A stretch of 15,537 nucleotides of DNA from Octopus sinensis (Eukaryota), in assembly GCF_006345805.1 (NCBI RefSeq), contig NW_021825462.1, positions 1 to 15,537 of the forward strand. Reading direction: 5' to 3'. A program made the translations under genes and the position numbers. The notes beneath the pieces were generated by a model that did no database searches, had not been told where the DNA came from, and saw only the letters and a program-made list of their open reading frames with translations. Numbering within the stretch: the first letter of the stretch is position 1; each line of letters begins with the position of its first letter. Shown here piece after piece: positions 1 through 8,600 of the stretch.

Positions 1-60
1 AGAAGAAGAAGAAGAAGAAGAAGAAGAAGAAGAAGAAGAGCAGCAGAAGCAACAACAGCA
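1..60. repeat. (GAA)n microsatellite followed by CAG/CAA triplets
   Basis: 12 consecutive GAA units from position 2, then gagcagcagaagcaacaacagca; runs off the window edge. Confidence 0.95.
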
Positions 61-447
61 AGGACATGCCAGAAGAGAAACTTCTAAGTGGTCGCTCTCT
101 CCGCTGGAAAGAGTAGCTATTTTTCCTCCATTGAATGAATCTCAATATACTCTCTTAAGCAAGGGCAGGACACAATTGGATTATGTAGTCCCAGATAGAC
201 TAGGACTGAAAATAAAGAACGTGACGAACACAGCTGGAAGCGTCTACCTTTTGATCGTAGGTCACTTCGATCGGGGGCAGACTTACGTCTAAATAACAAC
301 AGAAGGAACAATGGCGGCGAGGTTCTTTATTTCGCCATAAGGTTTGTTAACAGAACATAACATAATGCTAATGACAACAACAGCAGCAGCAGCAACAACA
401 ACAATGATGAATAACAATAATGGGAGACGTTATGTGAGCATAATCAG

Positions 448-457
448 GTCACGTGAT
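448..457. promoter_or_regulatory. Extended E-box (GTCACGTGAT; CLEAR/USF-type) in a locally CpG-richer stretch
   Basis: GTCACGTGAT is a 9/10 match to GTCACGTGAC; CpGs are denser at ~220-340 and ~500-540 than in the flanks. Motif match only, no transcript evidence. Confidence 0.25.
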
Positions 458-557
458 CCTTTCAAGCGGTTTCTATTGCAGTGAATGGTGGTATTGTCTA
501 GTATGACGACTTACTCAGTTAAACCGACGCTAAGTCGACCTTATTGTCTCTCGCTCT

Positions 558-562
<5 letters not shown>

Positions 563-593
<31 letters not shown>

Positions 594-862
594 ACCTATG
601 TCTCACTTCCCACCCTCACCTCCTTCCCTGTGTTGGTGCCTGGACGTGCGTGTGTGTATTTAGACACACACACACACACATAATATATATTTACATATAT
701 GTATTTATGATATAATATAATACCATATTATATATCTATCTATCTATTTATCTATCAATCTATCGATCGATCGATCTAGCTATATTTAATATATACGTAT
801 ACATATATATGTATATACACTTGCATATAATATATATATATATAGATATATATATATATATA

Positions 863-902
<40 letters not shown>

Positions 903-905
903 TAC

Positions 906-943
<38 letters not shown>

Positions 944-1010
944 TAATATATATATACTTATATACACATATATATATATACATATATTATATATATATAA
1001 CATGTATATA

Positions 1011-1054
<44 letters not shown>

Positions 1055-1163
1055 ATGTATGTATATATATATATACATGTATATAATATATATATACATG
1101 TATATATATACATACATATATAAATAATATATATATATATATATATATTATACATACATACAG

Positions 1164-1194
<31 letters not shown>

Positions 1195-1220
1195 CATACA
1201 CACATACGCACACACAGACA
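563..1220. repeat. Compound microsatellite: (CA)n, (TCTA)n/(TCGA)n, (TA)n, (TACA)n
   Basis: Read directly; the YIYI/HTHT ORFs in the track are translations of these repeats. Confidence 0.95.
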
Positions 1221-1599
1221 TTGTATATATATCTACTGAGCAATCTTTATTTCTTTCTTCATCTTTATCCATTAATCTATCAATCGATTTATCTATCTAC
1301 CTACATAAATATTTATCTGTCTAAATGTTTCCATCTATCAGTCTGCCCGTTTCTCTCTCACCGTATATATATACTCACGCACACACACATGTATGTATGT
1401 TGTCCGGATGTTTTGCGTTCTTGTCCCATTTTATATTTTATTACATATATATATATATATAGGGAAATGTACCTGCATAGCAAGTGATTTGATCTGAGAT
1501 CGTGTGCTGAAACGAAAACAATTGCAGCGTGGAAGGTGTTTGTAAGCTATTTAAGAAACACACAAAAGCTGTTCGATTTGCTACAACATTTAAGTTTGA

Positions 1600-1650
1600 T
1601 TTGTCAAAATATTTTCGTCGCTTTAAGACCGCGACCTGTTCACTGACAAA
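1600..1650 (-). ncRNA. Minimal type I hammerhead ribozyme, G3-C8 variant core (mirror copy)
   Basis: Exact 51-nt reverse complement of 1671-1721. Confidence 0.65.
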
Positions 1651-1670
1651 ATCCGTGTGCATCTCGGATT

Positions 1671-1721
1671 TTTGTCAGTGAACAGGTCGCGGTCTTAAAG
1701 CGACGAAAATATTTTGACAAA
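1671..1721 (+). ncRNA. Minimal type I hammerhead ribozyme, G3-C8 variant core
   Basis: Stem I UUUGUCA(1671-77)/UGACAAA(1715-21); core G3-U-G-A-A-C8-A9 (1678-84); one extra G; stem II GUCGC(1686-90)/GCGAC(1700-04); GAAA (1705-08); palindromic helix III A-AUAU-U; predicted cleavage after U1714. Confidence 0.65.
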
Positions 1722-1854
1722 TTAAACTTAAATGTGAAGTGAATCGGACGCTTTTGTGTTTTTCATAAATGGCTTATAAACACCTTCCACGCTGCAATTG
1801 TTTTCGTTTCAGCACACGATCTCAGATCAAATCACTTGCTATGCAGGTACATCT

Positions 1855-1900
<46 letters not shown>

Positions 1901-1920
1901 ATTATATATATATATATATA

Positions 1921-1953
<33 letters not shown>

Positions 1954-2119
1954 GTAGTATTGTATATATGATATAGTGTGTTTACGTGTGTATATGTGCG
2001 TGTATATATACGTACAGGAGGCGAGAGGCGAATTCCTGCTTTTATATATTATTTATTTCGCGCATTGTTTAGTTTGGATTTTGTCGACTACACAGGGTCA
2101 ATCTGAGGACAGTGCAATC

Positions 2120-2570
2120 CGAGGACATGTACCGAGAGTGATAAATATCAAACATCCAGTCAACATCATGATGTTTGGAGTGATCACTAGTGATGGCGAC
2201 GTTATGCCTCCATTTATCTTCCCACACAGTCTCAGACTCAACACGGAGGCCTACATCAAGTGCTTGGAGGAGGTAGTGTTGCCCTGGGTCAACAGGCTGG
2301 CTGTTGGAAGACCCTATGTCTGGCAACAGGACTCTGCACCATGCTACAAAAGCAGGAGAACCCAGTCATGGCTGTCAGATAACTTCTGCTCCGTTGATTA
2401 TTTTGTGTGGGGCGCAACTGAGTGAGAGACCAACTAAAAACGGCTTACAACATCAAAGATGAACTGAAGGCAAGGTTTATGGCAGCATTCACCAACTTTA
2501 ACAAGCAGACTATCCAGAAGACTTGTATGAGATTCCGAAGTCGTCTGGAGCCAATAGTGAATTTTATTAA
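2120..2570 (+). pseudogene. Tc1/mariner-superfamily (DD37D, maT-like) transposase C-terminal remnant
   Basis: KHPVNIMMFGVITSDG..FIF..LNTEAYIKCLEEVVLPW..YVWQQDSAPC..TQSWL..DYFVWG, then after a frameshift at ~2422 KDELKARFMAAFTNFNKQTIQKTCMRFRSRLE. The WPPNSPDxNP segment is missing. The following sequence ends CTG|TA at 2693-2697, like a Tc1/mariner terminus. Confidence 0.85.
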
Positions 2571-2702
2571 ATACATTTGTTCCTCTTTAGTATTTCAAGA
2601 TATCTTTATGTAAACTTGGTAAAAATATCTGTTACAATGAGATGCCAGTGTTATTTTCATTTTTGCGTCATTTATTCACGACAGTTTATTCACTGTAACC
2701 AG

Positions 2703-2704
2703 TA

Positions 2705-2763
<59 letters not shown>

Positions 2764-2839
2764 GTATGTATGTATGTATGTATGTATGTATTATGTATGT
2801 ATGTATGTATGTATGTATCTATCTCTATCTATCTATCTA

Positions 2840-2932
<93 letters not shown>

Positions 2933-2964
2933 CGTCCGTCTGTCTGTCTATCTATCTATCTGTC

Positions 2965-2995
<31 letters not shown>

Positions 2996-3697
2996 TATAT
3001 ATATATAATATTATATATACAATATATATATATGTCTGGGTGTGTGTGTGTATACGTGTGTATATATCTATGCACATGTGTGTATGTATATGTTATATAA
3101 TACGTACATACATACATACTACATATATACATACGTACATACATACATACATACACACATACAAACATACACATACTTGTATACATATATATAAACATAT
3201 ACACAAGTATACAAATACGCACACATACATACACAGGCATACGTACTTGCACACTCACATATACACACACACATACATACATACATACATAACTACATAC
3301 ATACATACATACATACACACATACACATACATACATACAAACATACATACATACATACATACAAACATACAAACATGCATACATACATACATAACTACAT
3401 ACATACATACATACATACACACATACACATACATACATACAAACATACATACATACATACATACAAACATACAAACATGCATACATACATACATAACTAC
3501 ATACATACATACATACATACATATATACATACATACAAACATACATACATACATACACAAATACACATACATACATACATACATACATACATACACAAAT
3601 ACACATACATACAAACATACATACATACATACATGCATACATACATACATACATACATATATACATACGTACATACATACATACACGCACACACACA

Positions 3698-3728
<31 letters not shown>

Positions 3729-3735
3729 CACGTAT
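2703..3735. repeat. Compound microsatellite (TATC)n/(TATG)n/(TCTG)n/(TA)n/(TACA)n/(CA)n with a 102-bp higher-order repeat
   Basis: Read directly; the marker AACTAC recurs at 3291, 3393 and 3495. Confidence 0.95.
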
Positions 3736-3934
3736 ATATAACACGCACATCATTTGATAAAAAAAATGTTTAACACCTGCAGAATCCTTAATTTCGTTTA
3801 AGAAACACATCACAAAACATAGCTACAAAAATCAACAGTTCTTTCGTTTAACGTCATTACCTTTGCAATGTAATTCGGTTTCTGTCAGGCTAATTTCTAA
3901 ACACTTCTTTATTTATATATCTTATATCTTTTAC

Positions 3935-4222
3935 TTGTTCCAGTCTATCAGCTGCGGCCATGCTGGGGCACTGCTTTGAAGACTGTAATCGTTCAAATAT
4001 GTTCCAGTACTTGTTTTTGTTTTGTTTTGTTTTGTTTTGTTTTGTTTTGTCTTGTTTTTTTTTTAGTATTTATTATATCATTTTCTTAGGCTGAAGCGCT
4101 ATGTTACGTGGACGGAAACAAACCAGCATCGGTTGTCATGTGGTGGTGGTGGTGGTGGAGGTGGTGGAGGTGGGGACAAGCACAGGAGCACGCACACGCA
4201 CATTCATACACACACTCACACG

Positions 4223-4253
<31 letters not shown>

Positions 4254-4375
4254 GAGGGATTCCTTTCAGATTCCGTCTACAAAATCCACTCACGAGGCTT
4301 TGGTCGCTCCGAAGCTATAATGGATGACACTTGCCCAAGCTGCCACGCAGTAAAACTGAACTCAGGACCATGTGC
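3935..4375 (-). mobile_element. Diverged tRNA-derived SINE (same family as 10356-10746), interrupted by (GTTTT)n, (GGT)n and (CA)n
   Basis: Shares ctgcggccatgctgg, ccagcatcggttgtca, ttccgtctac..aaatccactcac and acacttgcccaag.tgccacgcagt with 10356-10746. Confidence 0.8.
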
Positions 4376-4499
4376 TTGGGATTCGGTTCAACCACTGAAC
4401 TGCAGTGGTACTGTTCGAATACCAAGACACACACATAGATGTATACGTACAAACACACACACACATACAAACATACACACACAGATATATGTGTGTAAA

Positions 4500-4706
4500 G
4501 GGGTGTGAGTTTTTTGTTTTTGTCCTCGATGACCGCTTGACAACTAGTGTTGGTCTGTTTAGATAGCCATAACATAGCGGTTCGGTTAAAGTGAACCAAC
4601 ATAATAAGTAGCAGACTTTAAAAGATATTACTGGGGTCGATATGTACGACAAACCCCTTCAAGGGGGTGCTCCAGCATGACCGCAGTTCAATGATTCCAA
4701 CAATTA
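4500..4706 (+). mobile_element. 3' half of the same SINE family in forward orientation, ending in an (AAT)n tail
   Basis: gcttgacaac, tagcggttcgg and ggtgctccagcatgaccgcagt match the reverse complement of 10356-10500. Confidence 0.75.
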
Positions 4707-4733
4707 AATAATAATAATAATAATAATAATAAT

Positions 4734-7187
4734 CACCGACCTAAGGATGGCACTAATGAAGGCTCATAAGTGGAAATCCCCTGGTATTGACAGAGTACCA
4801 AATTTCTGTCTCTCATCACTCTCGTCCGCACACAAAATGTTAATAGTATTGATATGAGTAGGTCAACTAGGAAACAACTGCTATGACCTACTTTGCTCGT
4901 TTGTAGTCTGAAAGTCTGGAATCTAAAGTTATTGTCCTTTGTTCTGTCAGATTCACGAAAGAGTAATGGCTTTCGGAAAGGTGGGTGGTTCGTAACAGTA
5001 TTATGAAAGACCCTGAAAAAACTCCCCATTGCATGACAAATGGTATTACTTACCTCCTCCCCAAAAATAACGAAACGAAAGACCCAAAAAAACTACCGGC
5101 CTATAACATGTTTGCCTACTACCTATAAGATTTTGACATCTATTCTAGTGGAGAAAACATATACGTTTATGGAAGAGAATAACCTCTTTCCCACTGAACA
5201 AAAAGGATGCAGACGAGGCTTATACGATTGCAAAGATCAGCTCCGAATTAATCGCATGATCCTTGAGAACTGCCATAACAAACGCAGAAATCTCAGCTCT
5301 TGATGGATTGATTACAAAAAAAACCTTTGACAGCATACCACATTCGTCGATTTTGAAATCGCTGGACATTTTCAAAATTTCTCCTGTGATTTCAGATTTT
5401 TTAAAGTATTAATATGTCACTATGGAACACGAAACTCCAATTATATCATTCTAATTGAGTATTGCGCTCAAACAATATTGGCATAAACTGTGACATTTTC
5501 CAAGGTGACTCACTTTCACCACTAATTTTCTGCATAGCACTAATGCCACTCTCAAGTGAACTGAATAGAACAGGGTATGGCTACAAAATTGACAACAGGA
5601 AAATAAGCCATCTATTTTATATGGATGACTTAAAACTATATGGCAAAGATGATGAAGAGCTTGAAGGATTCTTACATACTGTGAAAGGATTCAGTGATGA
5701 TATGGGGATGGAGTTTAGCCTTGAAAAGTGTGCCAAAGCCACTTTTAAGAAAGGGAAATTGTTAAAGTCAAGTTCAATCGAATTAGATGTCGAAACAGTA
5801 ATAAAGGAACTTGAGCAGGAACAAACCTATAAATACCTAGGAATAAATGAAGGCTCTGGTATCCAGCATGCAAGCATGAAAGAGGTTAGGAAGGAATGTT
5901 ATAGAAGAGTTTGAGCAGCAATCCTGAAGTCTGAGTTGAATGCATATAATAAGGTGTTAGCCATAAATTCCTTAGCAGTCCCAGTTGTTCTTTATAGTTT
6001 CAATGTGCTTAACTGGAATACCAGTGAAATAATGAAAATTGGCAGAAAAATCCGCAAACTACTGACTTGTAATAAGATGCATCATCCAAAGGCAGACGTG
6101 GATCGTCTTTACCTTCCCAGAGCTCAGGGAGGACGAGGTTTAATCCAGCTTGAACTTACGTACAAAACCACCACTATCGGACTGGCCTAATACCTTGAAG
6201 CAACCAACGACTGGATGCTAAAACTTGTTGAAAAACATGAAAGACCGAAAAAAACTTCACTCTATTCTGAAAGAGAGCAAAACATTCGCTACTGATCTCT
6301 TAGATACCTACCAGATTGATAAGCCTGAAGGAAATGCGCCAACTGCTGCTGCAAAGAAAATAAAATTGATTGCAAAGACAAAAGCGCATGAAAAATTAGC
6401 TAGCAGATGGGAACAGAAACCTCTGCATGGCAAGTATGTGGCCCGTAGCAAACAAGCTGATGTCGACCAGAAACACAAGCATCAATGGTTACGAAGCTCA
6501 GGGCTAAAAGCGGAGAGTGAGGGTTTCATATTAGCTGCTCAAGACCAATGCTTATTAACCCGGAACTACCAAGCCAATGTGATAAAAAATAGAGCTGACC
6601 CAAAATGCCGATTCTGTAACAATGAGATTGAAACAATAGACCACCTCATCTCAGGGTGTAGAGTCTTAGCATCTTTAGAATATAAAGCAAGACATGACAG
6701 AGTCGGCCAGTATTTACACTGGACAATATGTCGGCATTATAAAACCAAAACCGCTGACAAATGATATAAACACCATCCTGAAGCTGTGACTGAGGGAGAA
6801 AATGTGTCGATTCTGTGGGACTTCTCCGTATATACCGACAAAACTATAAAAGCTAATAAACCAGATATTATAAAAGATCAGACAAAAAGGTTGTGTTAAT
6901 AATTGACATGAGTATTCCTTGCGATCACAATATAGCGATGAAAGAATTTGACAAGATTAGTAAATATAAAGACTTGCTAATAGAAATTGAAAAAATGTGA
7001 CATCTCAAGGCGACTACAGTACCAAAGATTCTAGGATCTCTTGGAATGATGAAAAAAAAGGTACTGAAACCTATTTGAAAATGATACCAGGCTTACCATC
7101 CCAACAGGAAGTGCAAAAAATCGTGTTAACTGGAATGGCTCATGTACTGAGAAGAGCATTATCGCTGTGAAAACAACATACATTCAT
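4734..7187 (+). mobile_element. 5'-truncated, decayed Dong/R4-clade non-LTR retrotransposon (RT + CCHC knuckle + restriction-like endonuclease)
   Basis: Joined frames give WKSPGIDRVPNF, NYRPITCLPTTYK, EQKGC, WIDYKK.FDSIPH, IFQGDSLSPL, HLFYMDDLKLY (YMDD 5618-5629), YKYLG, RLYLPRAQGGRGL, C-x2-C-x8-H-x4-C (CRFCNNEIETIDHLISGC 6606-6659), RHDRVG, LWDF, KPDII..IDMSIP..KISKYKDL; stop TGA 7168-7170. Several in-frame stops (e.g. 5301, 5912, 6188, 6762) and frameshifts. Flanked by (AAT)n at 4707-4733 and 7200-7228. Confidence 0.92.
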
Positions 7188-7199
7188 AACAACAACAAC

Positions 7200-7228
<29 letters not shown>

Positions 7229-7230
<2 letters not shown>

Positions 7231-7366
7231 TCGAAAATAGGAATGAGAACCCAGGTTCGAAATTTCCCCCAAGACACCTGATGACGGCTGGAGGGAATAT
7301 CAGCCGAAACGTTGTGTTAACAACAAACAAGATGAGGACAAATATCCGTCAATTGTAAATAATGTA

Positions 7367-7368
<2 letters not shown>
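7229..7368 (+). mobile_element. ~140-bp hammerhead-bearing unit between two (AAT)n tracts; likely a solo Penelope-like pseudo-LTR
   Basis: Unique sequence bracketed by (AAT)n at 7200-7228 and 7369-7402, containing the HHR below. Confidence 0.6.
7264..7318 (+). ncRNA. Minimal type I hammerhead ribozyme with canonical CUGAUGA core and predicted pseudoknot
   Basis: Stem I GACAC(7273-77)/GUGUU(7314-18); CUGAUGA (7278-84); extra C; stem II GGCUG(7286-90)/CAGCC(7301-05); GAAA (7306-09); palindromic helix III ACGU; GUU cleavage triplet (after 7313); UUCCC(7264-68) is complementary to loop II GGGAA(7293-97). Confidence 0.8.
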
Positions 7369-7405
<37 letters not shown>

Positions 7406-7639
7406 TTAGCATACTGCATATTACAGTTGTCTCCCTTAGAGGAAGCTCATTTCTGCTAACTCATGGATAACCACTTTTAATTGCACTTCATTACATGAAT
7501 GCGTAACTACTCCTTTCATCTTCTGCCATAACCTTTGGACAGACAAGCTTTTCGAGTGAGGTTGTATAGATAACATTAACACAAACTATGCGTGTACAGA
7601 AGATAATAATTTCTTAATGTTTTCAGATTTAGGCACAAG

Positions 7640-7855
7640 GCCAGCATATTGAACGGAGCGACTATGCTAGCTATATCAACCTCAGCGCTCGACTGGTACA
7701 TTTGTTTTTTTGTTTTTTTATTTTGATCGACATCGAAAGGATGAAAATCAAAAATCAGTCTCGGTGGAATTTGAACTCAGAACATGAAAACAGACGAAAC
7801 ACTGCTAAGCATTTTGTCCGGCGTGCTAATAATTTTGTCAGGTCCCTGTCTTATT
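7640..7855 (-). mobile_element. Diverged tRNA-derived SINE (same family as 7935-8335)
   Basis: actggtac, atcgac..cgaaaggatgaaa, ctcggtggaatttgaactcagaac, cagacgaaa and ccggcgtgctaa shared with 8130-8335. Confidence 0.75.
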
Positions 7856-7934
7856 ATTAGTTAATGTTAGAAGTTTAGATTAGAAGTTTGAATGTGGAAT
7901 CGAGGAATAAGTAAGAAGAGGCATACCTAATATA

Positions 7935-8335
7935 TGTTTTTTTAATTATCCACAAGGGGCTAAACATAGAGGGGACAAACAAGGACAGACAAGCGAATTA
8001 AGTCGATTACATCGACCCCAGTGCGTAACTGGTACTTTATTTATCGACCCCGAAGGATGAAAGGCAAAGTCGACCTCGGTGGAATTTGAACTCAGAACTA
8101 AAGCGGACGAAATACCTATTTCTTTACAACCCACAAGGGGCTAAACACAGAGAGGACAAACGGATTAAGTCGATTACATCGATCCCAGTGCGTAACTGGT
8201 ACTTAATTTATCGACCCCGAAAGGATGAAAGGCGAAGTCGACCTCGGCAGAATTTGAACTCAGAACGTAACGGCAGACGAAAAACGGCTACGCATTTCGC
8301 CCGGCGTGCTAACGGTTCTGCCAGCTCGCCGCCTT
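7935..8335 (-). mobile_element. Dimeric tRNA-derived SINE with a 15-bp target-site duplication
   Basis: Two ~180-bp monomers (ccacaaggggctaaaca at 7950 and 8132); the distal one has a tRNA-like head on the minus strand (A-box-like TGGCAGAACCGTTAG, B-box-like GAGTTCAAATTC); flanked by ggcatacctaatata (7920-34) and ggcatacctattata (8336-50). Confidence 0.85.
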
Positions 8336-8479
8336 GGCATACCTATTATACTTACTTAATATGATTAATCCATATTTCTCTGCAAGAAGCATCCCGGTTT
8401 CTCTGGCGTACATATTCTTCCCTGGACGAGCCGTCGGTCTGTCACAAAATTATTCATTTTTACCAGCTGTGTAGACTAC

Positions 8480-8600
8480 AGAAACGAGAAATGGAGCGTT
8501 TTGCTCAAGAACACAACGCATCGCCCGGTCCAGGAATTGAAACCACAATCTTATGATCATGAGTCAAACACACTAATCACTAAGCTATGTACCTCCACAC
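8480..8600 (-). mobile_element. tRNA-derived SINE head of a third family
   Basis: Minus strand reads gtggaggtacatagcttagtgattag (A-box-like)...gtggtttcaattcctgg (B-box-like)...gttgtgttcttgagcaaaac. Confidence 0.55.

Larger units (their letters stand above)
1461..1858. mobile_element. 398-bp palindromic element (two ~195-bp inverted arms, 9-nt spacer) in a (TA)n tract; likely head-to-head Penelope-like pseudo-LTRs
   Basis: 1461-1655 is the reverse complement of 1665-1858 (outer 81 nt 80/81 identical; inner ~56 nt identical but for one T); spacer TGTGCATCT; (TA)n on both sides; each arm carries a hammerhead-like motif. The palindrome is seen directly; the Penelope link is inferred. Confidence 0.8.

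Noticed and set aside
2-292. Stop-free + frame (poly-E/Q then GHARRETSKWSLSPLERV...GQTYV*)
   Set aside because: No start in the window, no recognisable domain, and the first part is microsatellite; an ~83-codon open stretch can occur by chance.
2013-2697. Possible complete mariner element bounded by TA|CAG...CTG|TA
   Set aside because: The ends match only over CAG; I see no extended TIR pair.
786-3813. Many long YIYI/HTYI/MYVC ORFs here and at 10184-11178 and 12741-13916
   Set aside because: Translations of TA/TACA/TATC microsatellites, which lack stops in some frames.
4375-4425. GTTCGAATAC B-box-like motif in a small imperfect hairpin, possible tRNA
   Set aside because: No T-stem pairing or cloverleaf could be built.
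7920-8335. Repeated units as a CRISPR array or tRNA genes
   Set aside because: No repeat-spacer periodicity; the context is eukaryotic and the tRNA-like parts are SINE heads.
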